Shown piece by piece: positions 41,294 to 51,046 of a stretch of 64,000 nucleotides of DNA. The stretch's first letter is position 1; each line of letters begins with the position of its first letter. This DNA is from a bacterium. GTDB taxonomy: Bacteria; SAR324; NAC60-12. The position numbers and the translations under genes were made by a program. The notes beneath the pieces are model-generated. The model did no database searches. It was given only the letters and a program-made list of their open reading frames with translations, and was not told the origin of the DNA. The DNA lies in NCBI GenBank assembly GCA_965205865.1, contig CBDBHR010000030.1:1088001-1152000 (forward strand). The letters are read 5' to 3'.

Positions 41294-41666
41294 CTCGATG
41301 AGACGCATAACTGCAAAATCCGTGCACGTAACATCAGTTTCTAATGATCAATAAATCAAGAAATAAATCAAACCAGTATTATTTAATTTTTTTTTGCAGT
41401 GAAAGAGGCTTGACCTCCTCCTCGAACTCGAGTATTTCCTGAAGGGATACATAATTTCCCTGACGACTGGATTGATAATTTCTACCAGCGAAGAAAAATT
41501 TGTATCTTTCAAAAAAACGGATCGAAGGTCTATTCAATGAGGGTTGATTCAAGGTGGAATGCAACGATCTTAAGCAATTCACTGAAAATCCATTTATTGA
41601 AGATTGTTCCTTCATCGACCTTGATTCTCAGCAGACGTGGAATTAGAAAAATAGGAGGACTCGATA

Positions 41667-43187
41667 ATGAAAGTCAAATCACATTTGGTTTCCCGAATAT
41701 TGACGGGAATGGCAATTACAATATTCGTTTTGATCGCCGGCAATAGCTTTGCCGAGCCAGTCGAAATGACTATCGTTCACTTTAACGACCTGGACCGCAT
41801 GGAAGAACGCGGAGGACAAGGTGGAGTCGCTCGCCTTGCTGCGGTCATCAAATCCGAACGAGCAAACAACGACAATGTTTTGGTCACATTTGCCGGTGAT
41901 ACGATCTCGCCATCCTTGATGTCCGGTATCGACAAAGGCGCCCACATGATCGAGCTTTTGAACAGACTCGATCTGACTGCGATGGCGATCGGCAATCATG
42001 AGTACGATTTTGGACCGGAGGTCGCAAAACAACGTTTCGCAGAAGCGAACTTCCCGATTCTCGGCGCCAACAGTATCGACACCGACGGCGAGATCATTGA
42101 CGGCGCTCAGGCATCCATCCTGGTCGACGTCGGGCCATTCAAGGTTGGCATCTTTGGCCTGACCACGCTCGGTACAACCGCCAAATCCAGTCCGGGAGGG
42201 GTCACTTTCCGTGCAATCGAGGAGGTTGCTGCCGAACAAGCCGCCATCCTGCGTGAAGCAGGAGCCGACTTGGTCATCGCGCTGGCCCACACCGACGCCT
42301 CCGAAGATGAAGCCTTGCTGGAGCAGGGTGCGGTAGACATGCTGCTCAGTGGCGACGATCACATGTTGCGGGTGGACTTCGACGGCGACGCGCTGTTTGC
42401 CGAATCCGGCGAACAGGGGAACTGGGTCACGTTGATCGACGTTACTCTGGATGAGGTGGAACAAAGGGGAAACATGCGCTTCAGCTGGAGTCCATCATTC
42501 CGAATCATCAACACTGCTCGCGTGCAACCGGATGCGGAGTTGGAAGCGGCGGCACAGGTCTATCTCGACAATCTTTCGGATGAACTCAATGTGGAAATCG
42601 GTACGACGTCCACTGAGCTCGACAGCCGTCGCGCGACAATCCGCAGGAAAGAAGCCGCGATCGGCAACCTGATCGCCGATGCCGTACGTATGGCAACTGG
42701 CGCGGATGTGTCAATCGCCAATGGTGGTAACATTCGCGCCAACAAGATTTACCCGCCCGGTACCATGCTGACGAGACGTGACATCCTGAGCGAACTGCCA
42801 TTCGGTAATAAAACGATCATGATAGAACTGACGGGCCGTGAAATTGTCTCGGCACTCGAAAACGGGCTCAGTATGATCGAAGAGGGAGCCGGCCGGTTTC
42901 CTCATGTTTCCGGTCTCAACGTGGTTTACGATCCCGGCAAGCCGGCCGGTGAACGTGTCGTCGAAATCGAATATGCCGGTATGGCGCTCGACCTCGAGGC
43001 GACCTTCACCCTGGCAACCAACAACTACATCGGTAGCGGCGGTGATGGTTATGACGTCTTCGTAGACAAGAAACGATTGATCGACGCAAACGCCGGAACG
43101 TTGACGGCGTCACAAGTGATCGAATACATTGCTTCGCAAGGTTCGGTTGCCCCCGTTGTGGAAGGCCGTTTGCGAACGGTCCAATAG
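41667..43187 (+). CDS. Bifunctional metallophosphatase / 5'-nucleotidase
   Basis: HFND, AGD, GNHEYD, GDDH, NGGNIR, LPFGN and GGDGY motifs. Confidence 0.9.
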   Translation: MKVKSHLVSRILTGMAITIFVLIAGNSFAEPVEMTIVHFNDLDRMEERGGQGGVARLAAVIKSERANNDNVLVTFAGDTISPSLMSGIDKGAHMIELLNRLDLTAMAIGNHEYDFGPEVAKQRFAEANFPILGANSIDTDGEIIDGAQASILVDVGPFKVGIFGLTTLGTTAKSSPGGVTFRAIEEVAAEQAAILREAGADLVIALAHTDASEDEALLEQGAVDMLLSGDDHMLRVDFDGDALFAESGEQGNWVTLIDVTLDEVEQRGNMRFSWSPSFRIINTARVQPDAELEAAAQVYLDNLSDELNVEIGTTSTELDSRRATIRRKEAAIGNLIADAVRMATGADVSIANGGNIRANKIYPPGTMLTRRDILSELPFGNKTIMIELTGREIVSALENGLSMIEEGAGRFPHVSGLNVVYDPGKPAGERVVEIEYAGMALDLEATFTLATNNYIGSGGDGYDVFVDKKRLIDANAGTLTASQVIEYIASQGSVAPVVEGRLRTVQ

Positions 43188-43278
43188 AATGCGTGGCTCT
43201 CGATTGCGTCAAAGCAGTCGTGATCGAAAATGAGGGCGGGGATGACTTCGGTGATGTTCGCTATTTCGACGCCATGTC

Positions 43279-44064
43279 CTATAAGTCGATGTCCACTCCG
43301 ATGGGGCAGTGGTCGGAACCACGTTCGTGCGGCCAGATAAATGCTTGCTTCACCCGCTTCATCGCGGCAGGTGAGGCGAGCACGTAATCGACTCGCCAAC
43401 CGACGTTCCGTTCGCGCGCTCCGCCCCTCTGACTCCACCAGGTATAATGCTCAGGCTCGTCGGCATGAAAGGTACGGAAAGTGTCGACCCAACCTGCTTC
43501 GAGCCAGCGGTCGATTTCAGCCCGCTCCTCGGGCAGAAACCCGCTGCTTCTGACATTCGATTTTGGGCGGGCCAAATCGATTTCGCAGTGGGCGGTGTTG
43601 TAGTCTCCCATCACGAGTACGGGACACTGACGACGAAGACGCTGTATTTTTTCGAATACGAGCTCGTAGAATTCGAGCTTGTAAGGAACCCGGCTGTTAT
43701 CGCGATCTTTGCCATTCCCCTTCGGAAAATAACTGTTGACCACTGCGAATCGACCACGGTCGGATTGAAAGTGGGCAGCAATGAAGCGGCCTTCGACGTC
43801 GAACTGCGGTTCACCAAGCATGGTCTCCACACGTTCCGGCGCAAGCTTGGAGTAGAGTCCGACGCCGCTGTAGCCTCGCCGTTCGGCTGCAGAAAAAATG
43901 GCCTGCCAACCCGGCGGAGTTCGTGCGGCGGACGGAATCTCTTCTGTCAACGCGCGTACTTCCTGCACTCCAATTATGTCGGCCTCGCACCGCTCGAAAA
44001 ATTCCGCGAATCCCTGCTTCACGCAGGCGCGGATGCCATTCACATTCCAACTGATGATTCTCAT
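43279..44064 (-). CDS. xth: Exodeoxyribonuclease III
   Basis: SWNVNGIRA, QE, GDYNTAH, YTWWS, GWRVDY and SDHCP motifs. Confidence 0.93.
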   Translation of the reverse strand: MRIISWNVNGIRACVKQGFAEFFERCEADIIGVQEVRALTEEIPSAARTPPGWQAIFSAAERRGYSGVGLYSKLAPERVETMLGEPQFDVEGRFIAAHFQSDRGRFAVVNSYFPKGNGKDRDNSRVPYKLEFYELVFEKIQRLRRQCPVLVMGDYNTAHCEIDLARPKSNVRSSGFLPEERAEIDRWLEAGWVDTFRTFHADEPEHYTWWSQRGGARERNVGWRVDYVLASPAAMKRVKQAFIWPHERGSDHCPIGVDIDL

Positions 44065-44225
44065 GGATTATGCCTCCTCGGAAGAATAAAATTATTTTTA
44101 CTCATTGCAATACCCGAACTTGAATAAAACTTCAACCATTACCACTGCAACCGGTAAAATTGTTTCACTTCAAAAAAATGACTGGCAGCAAAACCGGTGT
44201 ACGGTTTTTTCTTCCACTAACAAAG

Positions 44226-44376
44226 CTGAGTTCGAGATAAGAATTTAATAAATTCAATATGTTATGGAATCTTCATATCTTAGAGAAACCTTGTCATTCC
44301 TGCGAAGTTTGTCCCCGCGAAAGCAGGAAGCAGGAATCCGGAGGTATGCAGCCAGACTGAAATCCGGATCCCCGCT
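44226..44376. repeat. Truncated second copy of the 39950 MITE
   Basis: Near-identical to 39953-40082, with an extra TTGTCCCCGCGAAAGC module. Confidence 0.85.
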
Positions 44377-44418
44377 GTTTGCAATCAGATTTTGAATACG
44401 CATATTTCGTAATTCTCC

Positions 44419-45093
44419 TCACTTTAAATGATCAATCCCCTGCCTTGTCAGAGGCATAGGGTTGTCAGCCGATACCGGCACGGTGCCGAGTTTGAAGAGA
44501 TGAGCATTGTCCGGGGAGTCGAAGGCGAATACCGGTTTTCCTTGGGCCAGTGCGTCTTTGCAGAGCATCTCGGTCTTGCCGCCTTTTTCGGCGTGGGCGA
44601 TGAGGAGACGGTTGGCGAGGGCGGCGACATGGGTGTTGCGCTTGGCGGCGATATCTGCGGTCGGTCGACGGATGCTGTCGTCGAAAAAGGAGAGCAGCAG
44701 GAGACGTCCTTTGGCCAGTGGGTTCTTCCAGCCTTTTGGAATCCGCATGGTGCCAAGCCCTCGTGCCGGGCAGACGACGACGGATGCCGAGCCCCGTAAC
44801 AGCAGGTCCATGCATTCCTTCTCCATCGGCGATTGAAAACCGCCGACAATCGTCACGTCCGCATTTCGAAGCGCCCGAGCAAGATCGTAGGTCTTGAGGA
44901 TCACGTCGCCAGGGGAGTGAACGGAACAGAAAAAACCAATCAACGTTTTATCAAGCACACCGAGGTTGCCCTTCGATGTAACAATGGGTAGGTGTCTGTT
45001 ATCAGAACAGCGTCGCAATGATGATGGATAATCGGTGGTATCCGGCAGCAGGTAACAGAGATTATGATTGCCGTCGTAGGGAGGACTATGCAT
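44419..45093 (-). CDS. DprA/SMF-like Rossmann-fold protein (short form; start uncertain)
   Basis: GNL..L, FFCSV..PG, GGFQSPMEKEC, RN..VAALA and GGKT motifs. Confidence 0.7.
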   Translation of the reverse strand: MHSPPYDGNHNLCYLLPDTTDYPSSLRRCSDNRHLPIVTSKGNLGVLDKTLIGFFCSVHSPGDVILKTYDLARALRNADVTIVGGFQSPMEKECMDLLLRGSASVVVCPARGLGTMRIPKGWKNPLAKGRLLLLSFFDDSIRRPTADIAAKRNTHVAALANRLLIAHAEKGGKTEMLCKDALAQGKPVFAFDSPDNAHLFKLGTVPVSADNPMPLTRQGIDHLK

Positions 45094-45100
45094 CGCTTTT

Positions 45101-45761
45101 TAGAAGCCGTTTGGTTAACAAACACGCTTGGCTAAGGTAACTTTGATCATGGCAATACGAATCATATTTTCAGCAGTGTTTGTGAGGGTTCCCACCCGAT
45201 CGATTGGACAATACCGTGGGAGGATTTCAAAAATTGTTTCTTCCATTCTCAGTATTCCCTCTCATACATTTGTGGATCTCTCTAAAACAAATTTTAACAT
45301 GCGTTGATTATACCTTGAATCCATAAGAACGAGCAACCAATTTTCTCTCATTTGGCAGGCCACGAACATGGCATGCTTTCCCCTCTCTATGATAACCGCC
45401 TGTCGGGCCCGGGCCTGCCCTTCTTGGCTTGTTTGAGGCGAGCCCGGACATTCTGGGAATCCAAAACTTGTTGCCAAATCCCTCTTTGACTCCATCGGCG
45501 GTAATGGTCGTAAACGTTTTGCCAGGGAGGAAAATCATGAGGAAGCATTCTCCACTGACAACCCGTTTTCACAACATACAAAATTGCATTGACGATGGTA
45601 TGTTTGTCATAAATACTTTTAGCCCCGCGGGGGTCGGAACGTTTAAAAAAATGTTCAATCTCAGACCATTCTTGATCGCTTAAGTCGCTTGAATACATCG
45701 GTCTCCTTTTGAAAAAATGGAAAATTGACAGACAAGCAATTTATTTACCAAACGGATTCTA
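45101..45761 (-). mobile_element. IS5-family (IS1031-like) element, internally deleted
   Basis: TIRs TAGAAGCCGTTTGGT / ACCAAACGGATTCTA; N-terminus MYSSDLSDQEW...GCQWRMLPHDFPPW; C-terminus TNTAENMIRIAMIKVTLAK. Confidence 0.88.
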
Positions 45762-46458
45762 AGTCTTTTGCTGCTGCGTTTTTATAATTTTTCCAGCCTC
45801 TCTTATCGCAAATCGCCTTCATTATGCTCTCGAACGCTTTGAGACACTCATTGAGAGCTTCTTTCGCGTTCCCCTTTCGGTAGTGTTCGTGCGCTTTTAA
45901 GAACTCCTGTTGTGCTCCGGCATAGTTGCGTTGGTTGAGCAGCTCGAGGGCAGGTTTAACAATTTCAGTATGATTCAACTCGGAATCCGTGCGAATAATT
46001 CCTCCGTTTGTGAATTGATAGCCAATGCCATGTTCCCTGAACCTGTAATTTAATTCTTCTATTGCATCATCGGATTTTTCAGAAGCGCCACGTCGATTTA
46101 GGTATTGCCCTTCTCTCGCAAGTCTGTCTATTAAAGAAAATGACAACTCTACTGCATCAAGAGCCTTTTCGATATCATTCTCTTGGAGGAAAAAATTTAC
46201 AAACTCTTGACAAGCGTTCTGAGGAGGCATAACTGATTCTGGCAGTTGAAAAACACCATATCCATGCCTTAGGATACCGACTATCGGTTCGTAAGCATTT
46301 TTTTCATACAATGCTTGTTGTTCATTGCCAAGAGTCTTCAACCAGATGTGAACAATCTGTACCCTGAGAGGCTTAGGCAAATCGTCATAAATATAGACGT
46401 CGGGGGTCTCCCCTCGAAGTTTCTTTAGGCGTTTCGAGAATAGGTCAAATACCGGCAA
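45762..46458 (-). pseudogene. STM4504/CBY_0614-like abortive-infection family protein, truncated by IS5
   Basis: FDLFSKR...DVYIYDDLPKPLRVQIVHIW...HGIGYQF...ECLKAFES; last residues derive from the IS5 end. Confidence 0.75.
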
Positions 46459-46464
46459 GGTGAT

Positions 46465-47042
46465 TTATTGGTAGTAATGAGCCCCACGGATATTTTCATG
46501 TTCCAGTTGCGGGGTGGGTTCTGGCTTGGAAAGGGGATGCCGATCCAAACCTTTCTTTAAGATAGAATGAACACTGCTATAGCGGAAAGCCCCAATGAGA
46601 ATAGCCCTCTGAGAAGCCGCTTCCACTCGATTGGCTGCGCAGAGTTTAGAAAGGCGCATAATCCCTGAGCAGGAACGGTATCCCTGCTCAGGATAGCTTC
46701 TTTGATCCATGATTCCTGCTACCAGATTAGCGGTGGCTGGTCCGGTGGTGGCAGCCCAGTCAATCAAGCGACTGGGCGTCCAGTAAAGATGCTCCCGATG
46801 TCCTTCAGTCCAACTCGCTTCGCAATAAGTATAGTTGCTCGCTCCCAGAACCGCGACAAAAATTCGAGCCCGCTGAAACTTGACGCTTTTTCGATTGTGG
46901 ATCTTGACGCTTTCTCCTGCATAATCCACAAACAGCTTCTCACCGGCCTTGTGAGAAGGAACGGCTTGCTTCGCTGTTGCAACGATCATCCATGATGATC
47001 GAGGTGCCCGGAATCAGTGATCGAGGTGGGCCGGAATATGCA
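46465..47042 (-). mobile_element. IS21-family left end plus internally deleted IstA
   Basis: End TGCATATTCCGG with repeated CACCTCGATCA; HKAGEKLFVDYAG, LGASNYTY and HENIRGAHYY motifs. Confidence 0.85.
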
Positions 47043-47593
47043 ATCAACAGCACGATAAAGCAGACCGGCTCTTCTCGCGGATCAATGTAGGGCAGCAGCT
47101 CGTTTGCGTAAGCCCACATCATCAGCACTTCATAAGCCGTCCAGATCGGAACGGCGCTGAGACAACACCAGAAGATGTTGTCGCGCAGCTGGTCCCCCCG
47201 GAGGAACTTCCGATTTCCGGTCTCCAGCCACTCCGCGTTGTATTTGTTCTGGAGCCCCTGGGACTTACGCGACCAGAGCCAGTAGTGCCAGGCACCATAG
47301 ATGAGGACCAGCAGCACGAGGTTGCGGACAAACATCTCCAGGATCCAGTCGAGTTGGAATGTGACACAACGGGACAAGGCCGGCTGGAAGTAGAGCCACG
47401 TGCGCGTGGCGATGCCAAAATAGATCATATTCCACGGATACAGCTAACCTGGGAAACGAAACAGGTATTTGAAAGCCTCGACCGACTTGGGTGGCCAGGC
47501 AAACAAAGGACTGGGTGGGCCTGTCCCTCTTTCAGGGCGCCAAAATCCCCGTTCATCCCGAGGCATGCCATCGATCAATCCCTCTTTTTCCAT
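47043..47593 (-). pseudogene. Sterol desaturase family protein, N-terminal part with in-frame TAG, cut by IS21
   Basis: PLFAWPP...FPG*LYPWN...QLRDNIFW...WTAYEV. Confidence 0.7.
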
Positions 47594-47804
47594 GCTGATA
47601 TTTGCAATTAGGTCCTCCTTATCACGCTGTTTTAAACCGATTCTTCTAAAGAATATATTCTATCTCTATCGCCTCCACCAAAAGATGTCAGGTCCTATGC
47701 CATCCTTACAGGGCGCTTCATGTGTGATGCTATCAATCTTTTGTGCTTCACTCATCCATTCTCCCGTCTATTCACCTTTGCCCCGTGCTAGTCCATGTCT
47801 CAAT

Positions 47805-47860
47805 GCATAACGTAGTGCATCAGCAGCGAGATACGAGTCCGTTAAATGCTGTTGTTAGCT
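47805..47860 (-). other. Integron attC site
   Basis: Minus strand AGCTAAC-aaca-GCATTTAAC...GCTGATGC-actac-GTTATGC, 7 bp after the vapC stop. Confidence 0.65.
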
Positions 47861-47867
47861 CGTCCCT

Positions 47868-48266
47868 TTATATCCAGAAAGCCTCCACTTCATATTTTTG
47901 AATAGTTTGATCTTTCGTGACTAGCAGGAAATGGTTTTGGTTCGCTTGAGCAATCAGAAGTCTGTCAAAGGGATCTTTATGAATGTCCGGAAGCAGGACG
48001 GAGTCAATCATGGCTGAAGCGGAGGGATCCACCAAATGAATATGAGTATTTTCTAAAATCTCATTTTTCCAGACATGGACATCGGCTATAGCGACCCTCC
48101 CCCGCTTCACCAATAGAGCGACTTCCCAAAAAGAAAGGGTGGAAATGAAAAGACAACCTTGTTGGGCTTGTTTATCAAAAAAGCTAATAAAATCCTCTGA
48201 TACCATTTCCTGATTATGCCAAAGGATCAAAGCATGCGTATCAAAAAGGTAGGTCAATTTTTTCAC
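47868..48266 (-). CDS. PIN-domain VapC toxin
   Basis: LFDTHALILW, SFWE, HKDPFDRLLIAQA and LVTKD motifs. Confidence 0.92.
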   Translation of the reverse strand: MKKLTYLFDTHALILWHNQEMVSEDFISFFDKQAQQGCLFISTLSFWEVALLVKRGRVAIADVHVWKNEILENTHIHLVDPSASAMIDSVLLPDIHKDPFDRLLIAQANQNHFLLVTKDQTIQKYEVEAFWI

Positions 48267-48490
48267 TCGTATTCCTCCCAGATCTCTTCTATGGGTTGAA
48301 TCAATTCTTCCGGAGAAACCAATAACTCCGGTTTGATACTCATTTTATCTCTCCAGTCTATTGGATGGGTGGGAACAAGACGAGCCACCTCTTGCTTATT
48401 TCGTTGGATCACGATGGTCTCTCCAGCCGATGCTTTATCTAAATAATCAAAAAAGTTATTCCTTAATTTTGTTGCCGATATCTTCATCAT
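48263..48490 (-). CDS. Phd/YefM antitoxin
   Basis: ISATKLRNNF..YLD...GETIVIQRN...VARLVP. Confidence 0.9.
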   Translation of the reverse strand: MMKISATKLRNNFFDYLDKASAGETIVIQRNKQEVARLVPTHPIDWRDKMSIKPELLVSPEELIQPIEEIWEEYE

Positions 48491-48650
48491 TTCCACCTCC
48501 TCAATAAAAGTGTACAGGAATCTTTTTATTATGTACAGGATCATACTCCTATCGTAGTAATTTTTCAAGGGAACTTCTCGCATCATTTGTGATTTGATTC
48601 GTTTATCAGAGAGATCACAAAACGCTAACGAGGCGCAGAAGGCGCTCCGA

Positions 48651-48751
48651 GATTTATCTTTTTTTCGTGCGGCTTGCCATCCGTCCTCAGCAACCTTTGG
48701 CCCCTCCCGGACTGCGCACTCCTTCCCAAAGCCGGAGAGCGTCGCAGTGCC
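48651..48751. repeat. Dispersed ~100-bp repeat, copy 2
   Basis: Homologous to 29245-29347. Confidence 0.8.
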
Positions 48752-49123
48752 TAGACTGAAACGGCTCAGAAAAAGGGGGACAAACAGAAAGATATTAATT
48801 TTAAATAATAAATAATATCAATAAGTTAAATACAAATAAAAAATATAATTAAAAAACTATTGATAAATTTTTTTTCATACAATATACCTTGGATTGCTTT
48901 GGGGAAGAGTGAGTTGAAGTGCAAAGAATTCTGAAACGGACAGGTTTGTTGTCTCAATCCGCTCAACCCACTTGACGATGGATGCAATTCTCTCTGTGTC
49001 GTTCATGTACCAGTAAAATCTACGAGTTAGTTGGTAATCTCACTGGTATTCTACACCTATTAATTTAAACGCAAATTATTTTATGAATATCCGAAAGTCA
49101 TGTATTAAGAAATTTTTATGGAA

Positions 49124-50098
49124 TTAAGCTTGGTCGATGCTGTCTACGAGGAGCAGGTCCTTGGTGCAGGCTTTTTGGAATTTGCGGGCTTTTTGAAAGA
49201 AAACAAGAATCAACAACACACCCGGCAAAAGGAGCGATGCCAGCCAGGGAGGGGATTGGCGTTGGAAGGCATTCAAGGCAATCAAGCACAGAGCAGTACC
49301 GATAGCAAACAGAAAAAAATAGGCACAGAGACGCATTTCCCAAAAGCGAAACGGAGCCAGCTGAATTCGGCGGGTTTTGAAATACAGCAATTGTTCGGGG
49401 ACTCGTAACACTGCAAAATAAAGCCAGTGCATCAATCCCACAACCAGCGCGAATGATCCCAACCCGTCGCTGATCCAATGTGATATGGCCATGCAACGCG
49501 CAATGATCATGGCCACTGTATATGCCAGGACGCCCACTGTCCAAATCCAACCCACCACCTGCCATTTTTTTGAAATGAGTGGATTCGCAATGAGTACGTA
49601 GGAGAGGGTGAACAAGAGGGCAACAGAGGCGACATGACCGCTGGGGAAACTTCCATAGAATATCCCGTCTGTTACATAATGGGCGCCGAATTCATACCAA
49701 TGGGAATATTCAAGTTGCTGCGCGAGTACAATGTGGGGTCGTACTCTTCCCAAAGACCATTTGAGGGTGTGTACAAATCCCAACCCTGCTGTGAGGGAGG
49801 CAAAGACAATAAATCCCAGAATGGGCTGAAGTGAGTACAACCAGGCAGGCACTTTGGCAGAATAGGACCAAAAATAGAGAATCACCGCAAGCAATGACAA
49901 TATAACGGCAGGATCACTCCCTCCCAACTTCCCGTCTTCGAACACGGTGCGTCTCATGATTTCTGCAAACCCTTTCCAACGGATGTCTATCAGGTATAGA
50001 GTCCATACGTAGTCCACAAAAACGACTCCCACCATCAAGGTCAAAAAGCATGCCAACAAAATCAGGAGGGAGGTGGATGACTTTTTCCTGAAAGTCAT
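49124..50098 (-). CDS. PAP2-family membrane phosphatase
   Basis: KWSLGRVRP, SFPSGH and RCMAISHWISD motifs. Confidence 0.88.
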   Translation of the reverse strand: MTFRKKSSTSLLILLACFLTLMVGVVFVDYVWTLYLIDIRWKGFAEIMRRTVFEDGKLGGSDPAVILSLLAVILYFWSYSAKVPAWLYSLQPILGFIVFASLTAGLGFVHTLKWSLGRVRPHIVLAQQLEYSHWYEFGAHYVTDGIFYGSFPSGHVASVALLFTLSYVLIANPLISKKWQVVGWIWTVGVLAYTVAMIIARCMAISHWISDGLGSFALVVGLMHWLYFAVLRVPEQLLYFKTRRIQLAPFRFWEMRLCAYFFLFAIGTALCLIALNAFQRQSPPWLASLLLPGVLLILVFFQKARKFQKACTKDLLLVDSIDQA

Positions 50099-50107
50099 TG
50101 ATTTTCC

Positions 50108-51037
50108 TTAGAAATCCTGGGTAAGTGAGGCCAATATTTCCCGTCCTCCCTCTTCCAAAATCCGTAGAGCAACGTTTTGTCCCAGTTTGGTTGCCTGGAT
50201 ACGGGGAGCGGTGGCTTGATGGCGGATGATGCGGGAACCATCCGGGGTTGCCAGCAATGCCGTGAGATTCAATTGTTGCTGATGGATTGCGCAATACCCG
50301 GCAATCGGCGTGTGACAGTCACCACCGAGCGCCGTTAAAACAGCCCGTTCCGCACGCACGCAATGGGCCGTATCCGCATCATGCAAATGACGGAGGAAAG
50401 ACAGGGTCTGTTCATCTCCCTTGCGGGTTTCGATGCCGAGGGCCCCCTGGGCGATGGCAGGCAACATGATGGAGAAAGGCAAAGACTGCATGATATGTTT
50501 CTCCAAACCCAGTCTTTTGAAGCCAGCAACTGCCATGACGGCCGCTTCAAATTCCCCCTCTTTCACTTTTCTAAGTCTCGTGTCTATATTGCCGCGAAGA
50601 TTCCTGATCCTTAAGTCCGACCGATATGCCCGGAGTTGGGAGGCACGTCGCAGAGAACTGGTTCCTACCACCGCATTTTCCGGCAGCGTGTCCAGATTGA
50701 TTCCCTGTTGAGCGATCAATCCGTCGTCAGCAACTTCTCTGGATGGGAACGTCGAAATTTCCAACTCCTCCGGTAAAACAGCAGGCATGTCTTTCATGCT
50801 ATGGACCGCCAAATCGACCTGATGCCGGATTACGGCGCTTTCCAATTCTTTAACAAATAGCCCCTTGCCGCCGAATTTTGCAAGAGAATGATTGAGGATA
50901 CGATCTCCTTCAGTTTTAATTATGACCAACTCGACAGCCTGAGCAGGATAGCGAACCAAGATTTGGTCACGCACCCAATTTGCCTGCCAGAGCGCCAGTC
51001 GACTGCCTCTCGTACCGATACGCAATGGTTGCTGCAT
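50108..51037 (-). CDS. hemC: Hydroxymethylbilane synthase
   Basis: IGTRGSRLALWQA, GKGLFVKELE, VHSMKD and GTSSLRR motifs. Confidence 0.96.
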   Translation of the reverse strand: MQQPLRIGTRGSRLALWQANWVRDQILVRYPAQAVELVIIKTEGDRILNHSLAKFGGKGLFVKELESAVIRHQVDLAVHSMKDMPAVLPEELEISTFPSREVADDGLIAQQGINLDTLPENAVVGTSSLRRASQLRAYRSDLRIRNLRGNIDTRLRKVKEGEFEAAVMAVAGFKRLGLEKHIMQSLPFSIMLPAIAQGALGIETRKGDEQTLSFLRHLHDADTAHCVRAERAVLTALGGDCHTPIAGYCAIHQQQLNLTALLATPDGSRIIRHQATAPRIQATKLGQNVALRILEEGGREILASLTQDF

Positions 51038-51046
51038 GGCCTTTAT

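Noticed and set aside
48948-48990. Single CRISPR-repeat-like sequence GTCTCAATCCGC...GGATGCAAT after an AT-rich tract
   Set aside because: Only one copy; no repeat-spacer periodicity.
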